This document shows positions 1 through 9,888 of a stretch of 64,000 nt of DNA, in pieces. A model generated the notes under the pieces. It saw only the letters and a list, made by a program, of their open reading frames with translations, was not told the origin of the DNA and made no database searches. The DNA comes from Oscillospiraceae bacterium (GTDB taxonomy: Bacteria; Bacillota; Clostridia; Oscillospirales; Oscillospiraceae). Positions within the stretch are counted from its first letter, which is position 1. Each line of letters opens with the position of its first letter. Where the stretch lies: contig JAFXUU010000118.1 in assembly GCA_017524845.1 (NCBI GenBank), positions 101 to 64,100 on the forward strand. The letters are read 5' to 3'. The position numbers and the translations under genes are program-made.

Positions 1-74
1 CACTTCTCGGGGTTGATGCGCACGGGCACGCTGGGGGTCTGCACGTTGGGGATCGCAAATACCTTCTCTGCCAT
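1..74 (-). CDS. partial CDS with only the N-terminal 24 codons (gene runs off the window start); product unassignable, positioned as downstream partner of the flavoprotein gene
   Basis: ATG at 72-74 (minus) lies 17 nt after the stop of 92..2035 and is preceded by an AAAGGAGGAG Shine-Dalgarno. It reads MAEKVFAIPNVQTPSVPVRINPEK with no stop to position 1. Confidence 0.5.
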   Translation of the reverse strand, partial: MAEKVFAIPNVQTPSVPVRINPEK

Positions 75-91
75 TGCTTTCTCCTCCTTTC

Positions 92-2035
92 TCACTTTTC
101 CGGCTTCCACACGCCGGTATAGTCGCCGTTGCGGGCCTCGTATTCTTCCTTCATGTTGCCCCAGTAGCGGATGGGAACGCGCTCGAACTTCACTTCGCCG
201 TCCTCCTGACGGAGCACCAGGTAATTCTTCAGCTCCTCCGGATCGGCCTCGGGGTAGTCCACCCGCTCCAGGCCCAGGGCGGGGCTGCTGAGCTTCCGCT
301 CCTTCATGGCCCGGAGCATGATCTTGGCGTGCTCGATGAGGCTCAGGTCCTCCAGGCAGCGCATGAGCTTATGGGGATCCAGGGCGTAGAGCTGGGGCAC
401 GGCGTATTTCTCGATGCGCCCGATCTCCTCCAGCGCCAGGTCCAGGGTCGCCTCGCTCTTGAATTCCCCGGCGAAATACTGCATGGCGCGGCTGAGGCCG
501 TTGTGCAGCTCCTTCCATTCGATGCCGCCCTTGCGGGTGGTGGGGGCGAGGACACGGGCCTTCTCCCTGTCGATCTGCTCCCGGCAGACCTTGCCCGCCT
601 CCGTGCTCCTGGCGTAGGCGGCGGCCTTGCGGCCCGCGTAGCGTCCGGTGGCCGCGGCGTAGCTGTGGTCCCCCGGCTGGAAGGTGGCGGTGCCGGCGGC
701 ATAGAGGCCGTCCAGGTTCGTCTTCAGGTCCCAGTCCGTCATCAGGCCGCCCCGGCCGGGCTCGCGGTATTGCTGGGAGCCCTGGAATTCCATGAGGGAG
801 TAGTTCATGATCTGGTCCCGCTTGTAGTCGAAGCCGCCCTCGGTCATGGTCTTCACCATGATCTTTGTGGTGGATTCCTCGTTCAGCATGAGGTTCCAGG
901 TGGCGTTGGCCTCCTTGGGATCGGTGCCCGCGAAATCCGCGTAGAAGGGAAGGACGTATTCCCCGCTCTTCACGCCGGCGCGCATCTTCGCCCCGTCGGA
1001 GAACATGGCGCCGCCGTCCTCCCAGCCCTGGGTGGCGTAGGGGAGCCTGGTGCCCTTGGAGTCCACCATGGGGATGTTCTCGTAGCTGGCGTCGCCGCCG
1101 CCGGTATACCACTTGTGCTTCAGGCCCGTGGCGATGCGGTAGGGAGAGCTGGATTCCATCATGGTGAGCTTCGCCCCGGCCCGCCAGGCCATGGCGGTGC
1201 CGTCGCTGCTGTCGTTGCGGGGGTACATGGAGGAATAGCCGCCGTGCTCCATGTCCATGAACCACATGTTGCCGGAGCCGCCGGCGGAGATGATGGTCGC
1301 CTTCGCCTTCACGATGACGAATTCACCCGTGCGCACGTTGATGCCCGTGGCGCCCACGATGCGATTGCCCTGTCTGCCGTCCTCGTTCAGCAGGCCGGTG
1401 GCCATCACCCGGTCCATCACGTTCACGCCCAGGCGCAGGCACTCTTTCTTCAGGGCGGGCTTGAAGGTGCTGCCCCAGATGCGGATGACCATGTTGTTGC
1501 GCGTCTCGGGGGGATTGAAATTCGGCTTGCCGTAGCCCTCGGGGAGACCCAGACCGGCCCCGGCGCTGTAGCGGGGGGAGATCATGAGCTTCGTGGCGTC
1601 GTCCCGGCCCTCCACGCCCACGAACTCGTCGTCCGTGTCCCGGATCTTGCCGCCGATCTGCTCCATTTCCAATAGGGTGTCCCAGTCCTCGCGGCACTGG
1701 ATCTGGATGCCGATGCCGTTGGAGAAATCGCCGCCCGCCTTCATTTCCTCGATGGCCCAGGTATCCGGGTCCACCCGGGAGAGCGGATTGCCGGGGACGT
1801 TGCACCAGTGGTCGCAGCCGGGACCGCCCGCGCCGCTGCGGCGCACGTCGCCCTTCTCCAGGATGGTGACCTTCGCCCCCTGCCGCGCCGCGCTGATGGC
1901 GGCCCAGCAGCCGGCGATGCCGCCGCCCAGGATGAGCACGTCGGTCTCCAGCTCCTTTTCCTCCCCGAACTTGATCGGATAGGGCCATTCCGGGGGCTGT
2001 CCCTCGGTCATAAGGTAATCATGCCAGGTTCCCAT
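92..2035 (-). CDS. FAD-dependent oxidoreductase, AprA / FrdA-SdhA flavoprotein superfamily (647 aa)
   Basis: N-terminal dinucleotide-binding fold TDVLILGGGIAGCWAAISAARQGAKVTILEKG followed by RSGAGG. AAGGAGG RBS before ATG 2035. The long overlapping ORFs are Arg/Gly/Pro-rich shadows. Confidence 0.8.
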   Translation of the reverse strand: MGTWHDYLMTEGQPPEWPYPIKFGEEKELETDVLILGGGIAGCWAAISAARQGAKVTILEKGDVRRSGAGGPGCDHWCNVPGNPLSRVDPDTWAIEEMKAGGDFSNGIGIQIQCREDWDTLLEMEQIGGKIRDTDDEFVGVEGRDDATKLMISPRYSAGAGLGLPEGYGKPNFNPPETRNNMVIRIWGSTFKPALKKECLRLGVNVMDRVMATGLLNEDGRQGNRIVGATGINVRTGEFVIVKAKATIISAGGSGNMWFMDMEHGGYSSMYPRNDSSDGTAMAWRAGAKLTMMESSSPYRIATGLKHKWYTGGGDASYENIPMVDSKGTRLPYATQGWEDGGAMFSDGAKMRAGVKSGEYVLPFYADFAGTDPKEANATWNLMLNEESTTKIMVKTMTEGGFDYKRDQIMNYSLMEFQGSQQYREPGRGGLMTDWDLKTNLDGLYAAGTATFQPGDHSYAAATGRYAGRKAAAYARSTEAGKVCREQIDREKARVLAPTTRKGGIEWKELHNGLSRAMQYFAGEFKSEATLDLALEEIGRIEKYAVPQLYALDPHKLMRCLEDLSLIEHAKIMLRAMKERKLSSPALGLERVDYPEADPEELKNYLVLRQEDGEVKFERVPIRYWGNMKEEYEARNGDYTGVWKPEK

Positions 2036-2212
2036 AATCCTGCCTCCTTTATGATTCAGTGTCTATAAACAGAATGATATACCCTTTCCCCCGGAATTAC
2101 AACTGCAAATCCCGGCCGGTCCCGGTTGACATTCCGCCGCGAAGTGTTAATATCGTCTCCGAGGGCCGCCGCCGGGAAGGCGCGCCGCCCACCGGACAAA
2201 GGAGAGATTCCC

Positions 2213-3334
2213 TTGAAAAAGCTCACGGCCCTTCTTTTTGCCGCAGTCCTGCTCGTTCTCACGGTCCTGCCCGCCCGGGCGGCGGAGGTGCGCCGCAGCA
2301 CCCAGGCCCTGCGGGTGGACGGCGCGGAGGCGGAATGCGATATGTACAACGTGGACGGCGCCAATTATTTTCGCCTCCGGGATCTGGCGCTCCTGCTCAG
2401 CGGGGGCGACAGCCGCTTTTCCGTGACCTGGGACGCCGGGGCGAACCGGGTGGACATCGTCACGGGGGAGGACTACGTGCCCGTGGGAGGCGAGCTGACC
2501 CACGGGGAAGACGCCTCCGCCACCGCCCGGCCCTCCGGCCAGACCATCCGCATCAACGGCCGGACTAACGGCAGCCTCCCCGTCTACAACATCGGGGACA
2601 GCAATTATTTCCGCCTCCGGGACCTGGGCCGCGTGCTGGGCTTCCGCGTGGGCTACGAGGCGGAGACCCACACCGTCCTGGTGGACAGCATCCCCGGGGG
2701 GAAGCCGCCCACCCGCCTGGGGGAGACGGAGGACGCCGGGCGGGAATACCTGGACCGCATCGTCTTTCTGGGGGACAGCACCACCTACGGCATCGGCTAC
2801 TATTACCGCCACGGGTATACGGACCTCTGCCCGCCCGCCCAGGTCTGGACCCCCTCCAGCGGGACGATGAGCCTCTCGGAATACGCGAAGGCCCTCATCG
2901 TCTATCCGGAAACGAAGGAGCAGATCACCATCGTGGAGTGCGCCCGCCGCGCCCAGCCGGATATCCTCTTCATCACCCTGGGGGTCAACGGCATCTCCTA
3001 TATGGACCGGGACTGGTTCCTGCGGGATTACGAGGCCCTGGTGAAGAGCGTCTGGGAGGTGAGCCCCGACACCCGGATCATCCTCAATTCCATCTATCCG
3101 GTGGCGGACAGCTGGGAATACCAGGGCAGCATCAACAACGACAAGATCCGCACCGCCAACGGCTGGATCGAGGAGCTGGCGGAGACCCTGGGGGCCCGCT
3201 ACCTCAGCAGCTTCGACGCCCTGGAGGTGGACGGAAAGCTGCCGGAGAGCGGCCAGAACGGCGACGGGCTCCATCTCACCGGGGAATCCTTCGGCCAGGT
3301 GATGAAATACATCTGCACCCACGCCTGGCAGTGA
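2213..3334 (+). CDS. secreted SGNH/GDSL-type hydrolase with two N-terminal copper-amine-oxidase-like stalk repeats
   Basis: TTG 2213 follows GGAGAG and gives signal peptide MKKLTALLFAAVLLVLTVLPARA. The motif NYFRLRDL(A/G) occurs twice. The catalytic block is IVFLGDSTTYG. The track ORF starts at 2126, but the first 29 codons lack an RBS. Confidence 0.75.
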   Translation: MKKLTALLFAAVLLVLTVLPARAAEVRRSTQALRVDGAEAECDMYNVDGANYFRLRDLALLLSGGDSRFSVTWDAGANRVDIVTGEDYVPVGGELTHGEDASATARPSGQTIRINGRTNGSLPVYNIGDSNYFRLRDLGRVLGFRVGYEAETHTVLVDSIPGGKPPTRLGETEDAGREYLDRIVFLGDSTTYGIGYYYRHGYTDLCPPAQVWTPSSGTMSLSEYAKALIVYPETKEQITIVECARRAQPDILFITLGVNGISYMDRDWFLRDYEALVKSVWEVSPDTRIILNSIYPVADSWEYQGSINNDKIRTANGWIEELAETLGARYLSSFDALEVDGKLPESGQNGDGLHLTGESFGQVMKYICTHAWQ

Positions 3335-3362
3335 ACCCTGGCGGGCTGCGTCAACAATCGGC

Positions 3363-3408
3363 GCGGGCCTGCTGCATCGAAAGCAGCAGGCCCGCGAGTG
3401 TGTTTTTT
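3363..3408. terminator. bidirectional rho-independent terminator between convergent genes
   Basis: Perfect 13-bp stem GCGGGCCTGCTGC/GCAGCAGGCCCGC followed by GTGTTTTTTAA. Confidence 0.75.
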
Positions 3409-4384
3409 AACCCCGGCCCCGGCGGATCGTGCGCAGCTGCTCCGCCACCAGGCCCAGCTGGGATTTCCGCTTCCCCGAGGCGAGCTCGTGGGTCAGGTAG
3501 CGGGGCTCCGCCAGGTCGATGAGGGAGACGCAGGAGGGCTCCGTCCAGGGGCGGTGCCGGTCGATGCTCTGGATGTGGCCGTAGGAGCGGGCGAAGGCCG
3601 CGAAGTATTCCGTGGGAAAATCCGGGGGCATTTCCCCCACGGTCTTCCGGCAGTAAGCGCCGCTGACGCTCTGGTGGAAGTGCATGCCCAGGATGCTCCT
3701 CCTGAGGTCCCCGTGCTTCTCCACCATGCGCCGGATGTAGGCGATCCCGTCCTTCTGGCTGCGGATGCGCCACTCGGTGTTCATCAGGTGTCCCGTATCC
3801 AGCATGATCCCCACCCGGGGATAGTCGATGCGGGAGAGGAGGTATTCCGTCTCCGCCGGGTCCGTGAAGGTGAAGCCGGGCCACCACTGGTTTTCCACCA
3901 GGAAATCGAAGCCGGGCTCCACGCCCTTCAGGAGGACGTTGATGAACTCGACGGCCCCGTCGAGCACCTCCCGGCTGCTGTGGAGCCAGCGGTAGGTATA
4001 GCCCTCCTCCAGGGAGACGTCCGCCACGTGGAAGACCATGTAGGGCGCGCCCAGACTCACGCCCAGGGCCAGGTCCGCCCGGAACTGCTCCATCAGCTCC
4101 TCGGGGCGGGTGCAGCGGTAGACCTTCTCCACCTCCGCCCAGCTGCCGAACTTCCGCAGCAGGGCCTTTTCGTCCTGCCGCCAGAAATCCAGCCAGTCGG
4201 GATAAAAGGTCAGGTGGTAGCCGGAGACCAGGGAGAGGGGGATGCCCTCCGCCATATCGTCCGGGTCGGCGATGGCCTCCACCCCGTCCAGGCCCAGGGC
4301 CCGGACCCGGGCGGCCAGGGCCTCCCAGCCGCCGAAGGGCTGCAGACAGTAGGCGGAGAGGGGAAAGTTCATGCTCTGTATCAT
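3407..4384 (-). CDS. sugar phosphate isomerase/epimerase (xylose-isomerase-like TIM barrel)
   Basis: Family-typical blocks GLDGVE, MVFHVAD, LVENQWWPG and MLDTGHLMN. ATG 4384 has a GGAAGGAAG RBS. An alternative upstream ATG at 4408 (track start) lacks one. Confidence 0.75.
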   Translation of the reverse strand: MIQSMNFPLSAYCLQPFGGWEALAARVRALGLDGVEAIADPDDMAEGIPLSLVSGYHLTFYPDWLDFWRQDEKALLRKFGSWAEVEKVYRCTRPEELMEQFRADLALGVSLGAPYMVFHVADVSLEEGYTYRWLHSSREVLDGAVEFINVLLKGVEPGFDFLVENQWWPGFTFTDPAETEYLLSRIDYPRVGIMLDTGHLMNTEWRIRSQKDGIAYIRRMVEKHGDLRRSILGMHFHQSVSGAYCRKTVGEMPPDFPTEYFAAFARSYGHIQSIDRHRPWTEPSCVSLIDLAEPRYLTHELASGKRKSQLGLVAEQLRTIRRGRG

Positions 4385-4494
4385 GGCGGAGACTTCCTTC
4401 CGCTTCATTTCACGGGCCGGACAGGCCCTGTTTTGATTTTACCCCCTTTTGTCCGCCGATGCAAGAGGGAAGGGGGCGGCGGGCAGAGGCGCGC

Positions 4495-4524
4495 TTGACA
4501 CCGGGGGCCGCGGGGGCTTATGAT
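4495..4524 (+). promoter_or_regulatory. sigma-70 type promoter candidate for the 4568 gene
   Basis: TTGACA (4495-4500), 18-nt spacer, TATGAT (4519-4524), about 45 nt upstream of the ATG. Confidence 0.45.
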
Positions 4525-4567
4525 GGACGCATAAAACCTATAAAACACTGAGAAAGGAAGGAAAACC

Positions 4568-5539
4568 ATGGCTGAGAACAACGAATTCCTGTTTGACCTG
4601 AAGACCCCCGAGATCACCTGGAAGGGCGTGAGCCACGGCGGAGCCTCCGACGTGGGGTCCATCACCGACGCGGAAGGGGAGCACGGCCTCTACTGGTGCC
4701 TGGACACCGTGATGCACAAGAACGGCGAGGAGGGTCAGGAGAAGACCCCCATGCCCCACTTCCACTGGCGGGGCTACGAGACCTTCTTTGTGGACAGCAA
4801 CTACCTCTGGCTCTACATCGACGGCATGAAGGCCAAGGCCACCAAGGGGGACATCGTCCACCTGCAGGCGGGCCAGTCCCAGGGCATGCTCTTCCTGGAG
4901 GATGTGAAGTGGCGCGGCACCTACCACGACTTCGACACCTATCCCGAGGCCGCGGACGTGGGCCGGGTGAAGCGCATGCTGCCGGACCTGGCGGACGATC
5001 CCGAGCTCAACGCCCTCTCGCCCCGGGGCTTTATGGATTCCAATCCCATGGAGCCCTTCCTCTGCCGGGAGGTGCCCACGGAGCAGTGCCCCGCCATCAA
5101 GAACATCTCCCGCCCCCACGCCTCCTATGAGTTCCCCGGCTGCAGCATGAAGATCGTGGTGGAGCGCTGGGAGAACGGCGGCATCAAGGAGCTGGACTGC
5201 GCGGTGATGGAGCCGGGCTTCACGGCGAAGTGGGTGAAGTATCCGCCCCTCAGGGAGCTCTTCTACCTCCGCAGCGGCAAGGTGAAGTTCAACATGGGCG
5301 GCAAGGAGTTCGTCGCGGACGACGAGTGCGTGATCAACGCCCCCCGCTTCCTGCCCCGGAGCATCGAGGTGCTGGAAAAGGCGGAGATGTACGACCTGGG
5401 CGGCCAGCCCTACTGGTCCCTCTTCCTGCAGAGCTACGCTTCCATCAAGCACTACGAGCCGGAGCGCCTCACGGCGGAAACCCTGGACGCCCTGAAAAAG
5501 AGGTTCAAGATCCAGATCGAAAGCATCGGCATGAAGTAA
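4568..5539 (+). CDS. cupin-domain protein (two cupin-like halves)
   Basis: GAAAGGAAGG RBS. Cupin motif region HFHWRGYETFFV...GDIVHLQAG, with a second beta-barrel-like half ending in RFLPRSIEVLEKAEMYDLG. Confidence 0.7.
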   Translation: MAENNEFLFDLKTPEITWKGVSHGGASDVGSITDAEGEHGLYWCLDTVMHKNGEEGQEKTPMPHFHWRGYETFFVDSNYLWLYIDGMKAKATKGDIVHLQAGQSQGMLFLEDVKWRGTYHDFDTYPEAADVGRVKRMLPDLADDPELNALSPRGFMDSNPMEPFLCREVPTEQCPAIKNISRPHASYEFPGCSMKIVVERWENGGIKELDCAVMEPGFTAKWVKYPPLRELFYLRSGKVKFNMGGKEFVADDECVINAPRFLPRSIEVLEKAEMYDLGGQPYWSLFLQSYASIKHYEPERLTAETLDALKKRFKIQIESIGMK

Positions 5540-5550
5540 GAACAAAAATC

Positions 5551-5581
5551 TCGGGCGGGGAAGCGCTGCTTTCCCGCCCGA
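5551..5581. terminator. bidirectional terminator hairpin between convergent genes
   Basis: TCGGGCGGGGAA...TTCCCGCCCGA inverted repeat flanked by A/T runs. Confidence 0.65.
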
Positions 5582-5585
5582 TTAC

Positions 5586-6653
5586 TTATCCCCGGTATTC
5601 CCGATACCATTCGGCGAAGCGCCGCAGTCCCTCCCGGATGCCCACGGAGGGGCGGAAGCCGTAGTCCCGCTCCAGGCCGCTGCTGTCCGCGTAGGTGACG
5701 GGCACGTCCCCCGGCTGCATGCCCACCAGCTCCCGGTGGCCTTCGAAGTCGTAGTCCGCCGGGAGGACCCCGGCGCGCACCAGCTCCTCCTGGAGGACGG
5801 CCACGAAATCCAGCAGGTTCTCCGGGGCGCCGCCGCCGATGTTGTAGACCGCATAGGGCGGGAGGGGCAGCCCGTCCTCCCCCCGGGAGCGCTCCGGCGC
5901 GCCCTTCATCACCCGGAGGACGCCCTCCACGATGTCGTCCACGTAGGTGAAGTCGCGCATGCAGTTGCCGTAGTTGAAGATCTGTATCGTCTTTCCCGCC
6001 GCCAGCTTCTCCGTGGCGCTGTAGTAGAACATGTCCGGCCGCCCGGCGGGACCGTAGACGGTGAAGAAGCGCAGGCCGGTGACGGGGATGTCGTAGAGCT
6101 TGGCGTAGCTGTGGGCCAGGAGCTCGTCGGCCTTCTTCGTGGCGGCGTAGAGGCTCACGGGGCTGTCCACCCGGTCCTCCGTGGAGAAGGGCACCTTTTT
6201 GTTGCCCCCGTAGACGGAGGAGGAGGAAGCGTAGACCAGGTGCTCCGCGCCGTGGTGACGGCAGGCCTCCAGAATGTTGAAGAAGCCGACGATGTTGGCC
6301 TCGATGTAGGCGTCGGGATGGTCGATGCTGTAGCGCACCCCCGCCTGGGCGGCCAGATTCACCGTCACCGCCGGGGCGTATTCCCCGTAGACCCGCTCCA
6401 CCAGCGCCCGGTCCGCGATGGAGCCCCGGACGAACACGTGCTTCACCGGGGATTCCGCCGCGGCCCTTTCGATGAGCCCCAGTCGGTATTCCTTCAGGGC
6501 CGGATCGTAGTAGTCGTTCATGCTGTCCAGGCTGACCACGGTCCCGCCTTCCATCTCCCGCAGCAGCCGCAGCACCAGATTGGCCCCGATGAAGCCGGGG
6601 GAGCCGGTGACGAGGACGGTCTTCCCCTTCAGCTCGACCTTCGATTTGCCCAT
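5586..6653 (-). CDS. NAD-dependent epimerase/dehydratase, UDP-glucuronate 4-epimerase-like
   Basis: Rossmann motif VLVTGSPGFIGANL. SDR catalytic region SSSSVYG...YAATKKADELLAHSY. GGAGGGA RBS. Starts 4 nt after the ugd stop. Confidence 0.85.
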   Translation of the reverse strand: MGKSKVELKGKTVLVTGSPGFIGANLVLRLLREMEGGTVVSLDSMNDYYDPALKEYRLGLIERAAAESPVKHVFVRGSIADRALVERVYGEYAPAVTVNLAAQAGVRYSIDHPDAYIEANIVGFFNILEACRHHGAEHLVYASSSSVYGGNKKVPFSTEDRVDSPVSLYAATKKADELLAHSYAKLYDIPVTGLRFFTVYGPAGRPDMFYYSATEKLAAGKTIQIFNYGNCMRDFTYVDDIVEGVLRVMKGAPERSRGEDGLPLPPYAVYNIGGGAPENLLDFVAVLQEELVRAGVLPADYDFEGHRELVGMQPGDVPVTYADSSGLERDYGFRPSVGIREGLRRFAEWYREYRG

Positions 6654-6657
6654 GGCC

Positions 6658-7881
6658 TCAGTCCCTCCGGAACAGGTCGCGGGTGTAGACCTTGTCCCTG
6701 ACGTCCTCCAGCGCGGCCGGATCGAAGCGGTTGGCCAGGATCACGTCGCTCTCCCGCTTGAAGCGCGCCAGATCGTTCACGACGCGGGAGCGGAAGAACT
6801 CGGAGCCGTCCTCCAGGGTGGGCTCGTAGATGATGATGGGGATGCCCTTGGCCTTGATGCGCTTCATCACGCCCTGGATCGCGGAGGAGCGGAAGTTGTC
6901 GGAATTGCTCTTCATGGTCAGCCGGTAGACGCCCACGGTGCCGGGGTTGCGGGCGATGATCTGATCCGCGATGAAATCCTTGCGGACGCTGTTGCTCTTG
7001 ACCACCGCCTCGATCATGGTCTGGGGCACGTCCCGGTAGTTGGCCAGGAGCTGCTTCGTGTCCTTGGGCAGACAGTAGCCCCCGTAGCCGAAGGAGGGGT
7101 TGTTGTAGTGCCCGCCGATGCGGGGATCCAGGCACACGCCGTCGATGATCATCTGCGTGTCCAGCCCCTTGGTCTGGGCGTAGGTGTCCAGCTCGTTGAA
7201 GTAGCTGACGCGCACGGCCAGATAGGTGTTGGCGAAGAGCTTGATGGCCTCCGCCTCGGTGAGGTGCGTCAGAAGGATCGGGATATCCTGGGGGGCCTGC
7301 CCGCTCCGTTCCTCCTCCGCTCTCACGCCCTCCGCCAGCAGGTCGGCGAACATCCGCGCCTCCTCCTTCTGGTCGTCGTCGCCGCCCACCACGATGCGGG
7401 AGGGATGCAGGTTGTCGTACAGGGCCTTGGACTCCCGCAGGAACTCCGGGCTGAACAGGATGTTCCGGACGCCGTACTTCGCCCGGACGGATGCCGTGTA
7501 GCCCACGGGGATCGTGGACTTGATCACCATCAGGACGCTGGGATTGACCTTCAGCGTCCATTCGATGGCGTCCTCCACGGCGGAGGTGTCGAAGAACTGA
7601 TTGACGTCGTCGTAATTCGTGGGCGTGGCGATGATCACCAGCTCCGCGCCGCCGTAGGCGGCCGCCTTGTCGGTGGTGGTATGCAGGTTCAGGGTCCGCT
7701 TTCCCTCCCGGGCTTCCCGGAAGAAGCGCTCGATCTCGTCGTCCTGGATGGGACTGACGAAGCGGTTGAGCTGCTCCGCCTTCTTCTCCGTCGTGGTGAT
7801 GGCGGTAACTTCATGCTTCTGCGCCAGAAGGACGGCCAGAGAAAGGCCGACGTAGCCGACGCCTGCGACAGTGATCTTCAT
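6658..7881 (-). CDS. ugd: UDP-glucose 6-dehydrogenase
   Basis: [17 protein letters not shown] fold and catalytic [24 protein letters not shown] before ATG 7881. The track ORF extends to 7962 without support. Confidence 0.9.
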   Translation of the reverse strand: MKITVAGVGYVGLSLAVLLAQKHEVTAITTTEKKAEQLNRFVSPIQDDEIERFFREAREGKRTLNLHTTTDKAAAYGGAELVIIATPTNYDDVNQFFDTSAVEDAIEWTLKVNPSVLMVIKSTIPVGYTASVRAKYGVRNILFSPEFLRESKALYDNLHPSRIVVGGDDDQKEEARMFADLLAEGVRAEEERSGQAPQDIPILLTHLTEAEAIKLFANTYLAVRVSYFNELDTYAQTKGLDTQMIIDGVCLDPRIGGHYNNPSFGYGGYCLPKDTKQLLANYRDVPQTMIEAVVKSNSVRKDFIADQIIARNPGTVGVYRLTMKSNSDNFRSSAIQGVMKRIKAKGIPIIIYEPTLEDGSEFFRSRVVNDLARFKRESDVILANRFDPAALEDVRDKVYTRDLFRRD

Positions 7882-7958
7882 GTTCCGTTGCTCCTTCGTT
7901 TCAGTCGTTTTTATGATAAGATCGGTCCCGCCCGGACCGGCCGCCTGGGGCAGTTCCC

Positions 7959-8699
7959 TCATTTCCGGCGGCCCCGGTAGCTCCGGCGGGCTTCTTCATA
8001 GCTCTGTATGTCGCCGATGTCCCAGCGCCTGCCGGGCATCTCCATGCTGTACATCGGCGTATGGCGGCACATCCAGGCCGCCAGGCTCCCCGGGGCGTCC
8101 ACGGCGCAGCCGTCCGCGACGGCCTCCCGGATGCGCCGGGCGTCCTCCCGCCGGTAGTAGTAGAAGGGGGGCGTGCACCAGTGGGAGCGGGGCTCGGCCG
8201 GCTTTTCCTCCAGGGAGAGGAGACGGCCGCCCTCCCCGATCTCCGCGACGCCGCTCTTCCGCAGGCGGCTTTCGTCCGCCTCCCGGTAGCGCATGGTGCA
8301 GGAGGTCCCCTTCTCCGAAGCGTAGCGGAGGAAAGCGCCGAGAGAGAAATCCAGCAGGTTGTCCCCGGCGAGGATCAGCAGATCGTCGTCCAGACCGAGG
8401 GCGTCCACGGCGAAGAGGATGTCCCGCACGGCACCCAGCCGGGTCTCGTTAGCTTCCGTCCCGTCGTCCGCCACGGCGACGGGGCAGCTTTTTTCCGCCG
8501 CCCAGGCCCGGAAATGGGGGGCATAGCGGCGGTTCGTGACGACGACGGCCCCCGGATCCCCGCCCGTGAGGCCGCAGAGGTCCTCCAGCAGCCAGTCCAG
8601 GATGGTCTTCCCCCCCACCTCCAGCAAAGGCTTGGGGAAGTTCTCCGTCAGGGGATAGAGGCGGGTGGCGTAGCCCGCAGCCAGAAAAATGCTCTTCAT
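7959..8699 (-). CDS. sugar-1-phosphate nucleotidylyltransferase (NTP_transferase family)
   Basis: N-terminal signature [44 protein letters not shown]. Starts 6 nt after the kinase stop. Confidence 0.8.
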   Translation of the reverse strand: MKSIFLAAGYATRLYPLTENFPKPLLEVGGKTILDWLLEDLCGLTGGDPGAVVVTNRRYAPHFRAWAAEKSCPVAVADDGTEANETRLGAVRDILFAVDALGLDDDLLILAGDNLLDFSLGAFLRYASEKGTSCTMRYREADESRLRKSGVAEIGEGGRLLSLEEKPAEPRSHWCTPPFYYYRREDARRIREAVADGCAVDAPGSLAAWMCRHTPMYSMEMPGRRWDIGDIQSYEEARRSYRGRRK

Positions 8700-8705
8700 A
8701 GGCCC

Positions 8706-9878
8706 TCACAGCTGCGCCCCGTCGGCGCTTTCGCAGAAATATACGGCGTATTTCCCCTCCAGGGCGGGAAAAGCCTTCAGGTATGCTTCGGTGACCTCCC
8801 GGGCGATGCGCTCCCGGAAATCGGGGTCGATCAGGGCGATGCAGCTGCCCTTGAAGCCCGCCCCGGAGAAGCGGCCCCCGTAGACCCCTTCCGTCCGGCG
8901 CAGGATCTCGTAGAGGCGGATCTGCTCCGGCGCGCCGGATTCCCAGTTGTCGATGCTGCTCCGGCCGGACTCGAAGGAGAGACGGCCAAATTCCTCCACG
9001 TCCCCCCGCCGCCAGGCCTCGGCCCCGGCCTCCACCCGGCGGAACTCCCCGTACCAATGCTCGCAGCGCCGGGCCCAGGGGGCGGGGAGCCGGTCCTTAT
9101 ACGCTTCGAAGACCTGGAAGGGCACGGCCCGGGCGTTCGTTTCGGCGAAGCTGCCGTGCTCCAGACCGGCGAAGGCCTGCAGGGCGTAGACCCCGGCCCG
9201 CAGCTCGTCCACCCTCGTGTTGTATCCGGAACCGGCCAGGCTGTGCTCCAGCCCGCTGAAGAACACGGCGATCTGCCAGGGCTTCATGCCCGGACCGGCG
9301 GGGATGCGCTCGTAGCTGCCGTCCGCCGTATCCAGGTACAGCAGGCAGTCCTTTTTCCCCAGGACCTCGCAGCTCTGGTCCAGCGTTCCCACGCTGACGC
9401 CCACGTAGTTTTTCTCCGCGTCCCAGGCCGTGTCGATCAGCTCCCGGGGGGAGAGGCTGAGGCCGTTCACCCGGCAGAGGGCGGAGAGAAAGGCCAGGAT
9501 CACCGCAGCGGAGGAGGAGAGCCCGCCGATGGGGAGAGAGCCCTCGATCACGCCCCGGAGGCCCCTGCGGAGGGGGAAGCGTTTTCCCAGGGCCCGGCAC
9601 GCGCCCCGGAGGTAATCCGCCCAGTCCCCCCTCGGCGCTTCGGGGACGGCGGCGATATCCCAGCGAGCGGGGGCGGGGAACTGGAGGCTGACGACCTCCA
9701 CCCGGCCGTCTTCCCCGGGCCCATAGGCGATATGGATGCCCCTGTCGATGGCGAAGCCGGTGATCTTCCCCAGGTTGTGGTCCGAATGGGCGCCGATGGG
9801 GCAGACCCGGTAGGGGCAGAAGGCCAGGCCCTCCGGCTCCCTGCGGAAAAGTTCGAAATAGCGTTTCTCGCAAAGCAC
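8706..9878 (-). CDS. GHMP-family sugar 1-kinase (galactokinase-like)
   Basis: Galactokinase-type N-terminal signature RVCPIGAHSDHN. GHMP ATP motif PIGGLSSSAAVILAF. GTG start with GAGAGGTGG RBS. Confidence 0.8.
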   Translation of the reverse strand: MLCEKRYFELFRREPEGLAFCPYRVCPIGAHSDHNLGKITGFAIDRGIHIAYGPGEDGRVEVVSLQFPAPARWDIAAVPEAPRGDWADYLRGACRALGKRFPLRRGLRGVIEGSLPIGGLSSSAAVILAFLSALCRVNGLSLSPRELIDTAWDAEKNYVGVSVGTLDQSCEVLGKKDCLLYLDTADGSYERIPAGPGMKPWQIAVFFSGLEHSLAGSGYNTRVDELRAGVYALQAFAGLEHGSFAETNARAVPFQVFEAYKDRLPAPWARRCEHWYGEFRRVEAGAEAWRRGDVEEFGRLSFESGRSSIDNWESGAPEQIRLYEILRRTEGVYGGRFSGAGFKGSCIALIDPDFRERIAREVTEAYLKAFPALEGKYAVYFCESADGAQL

Positions 9879-9888
9879 GGTCCACCTC

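Noticed and set aside
92-2035. Calling this gene adenylylsulfate (APS) reductase alpha subunit.
   Set aside because: Only the general AprA/FrdA-like flavoprotein fold is recognisable. No sat, aprB-type N-terminus, qmo or dsr genes are visible, and the motif after the FAD fold differs (RSGAGGPGCDHW). The specific function cannot be supported.
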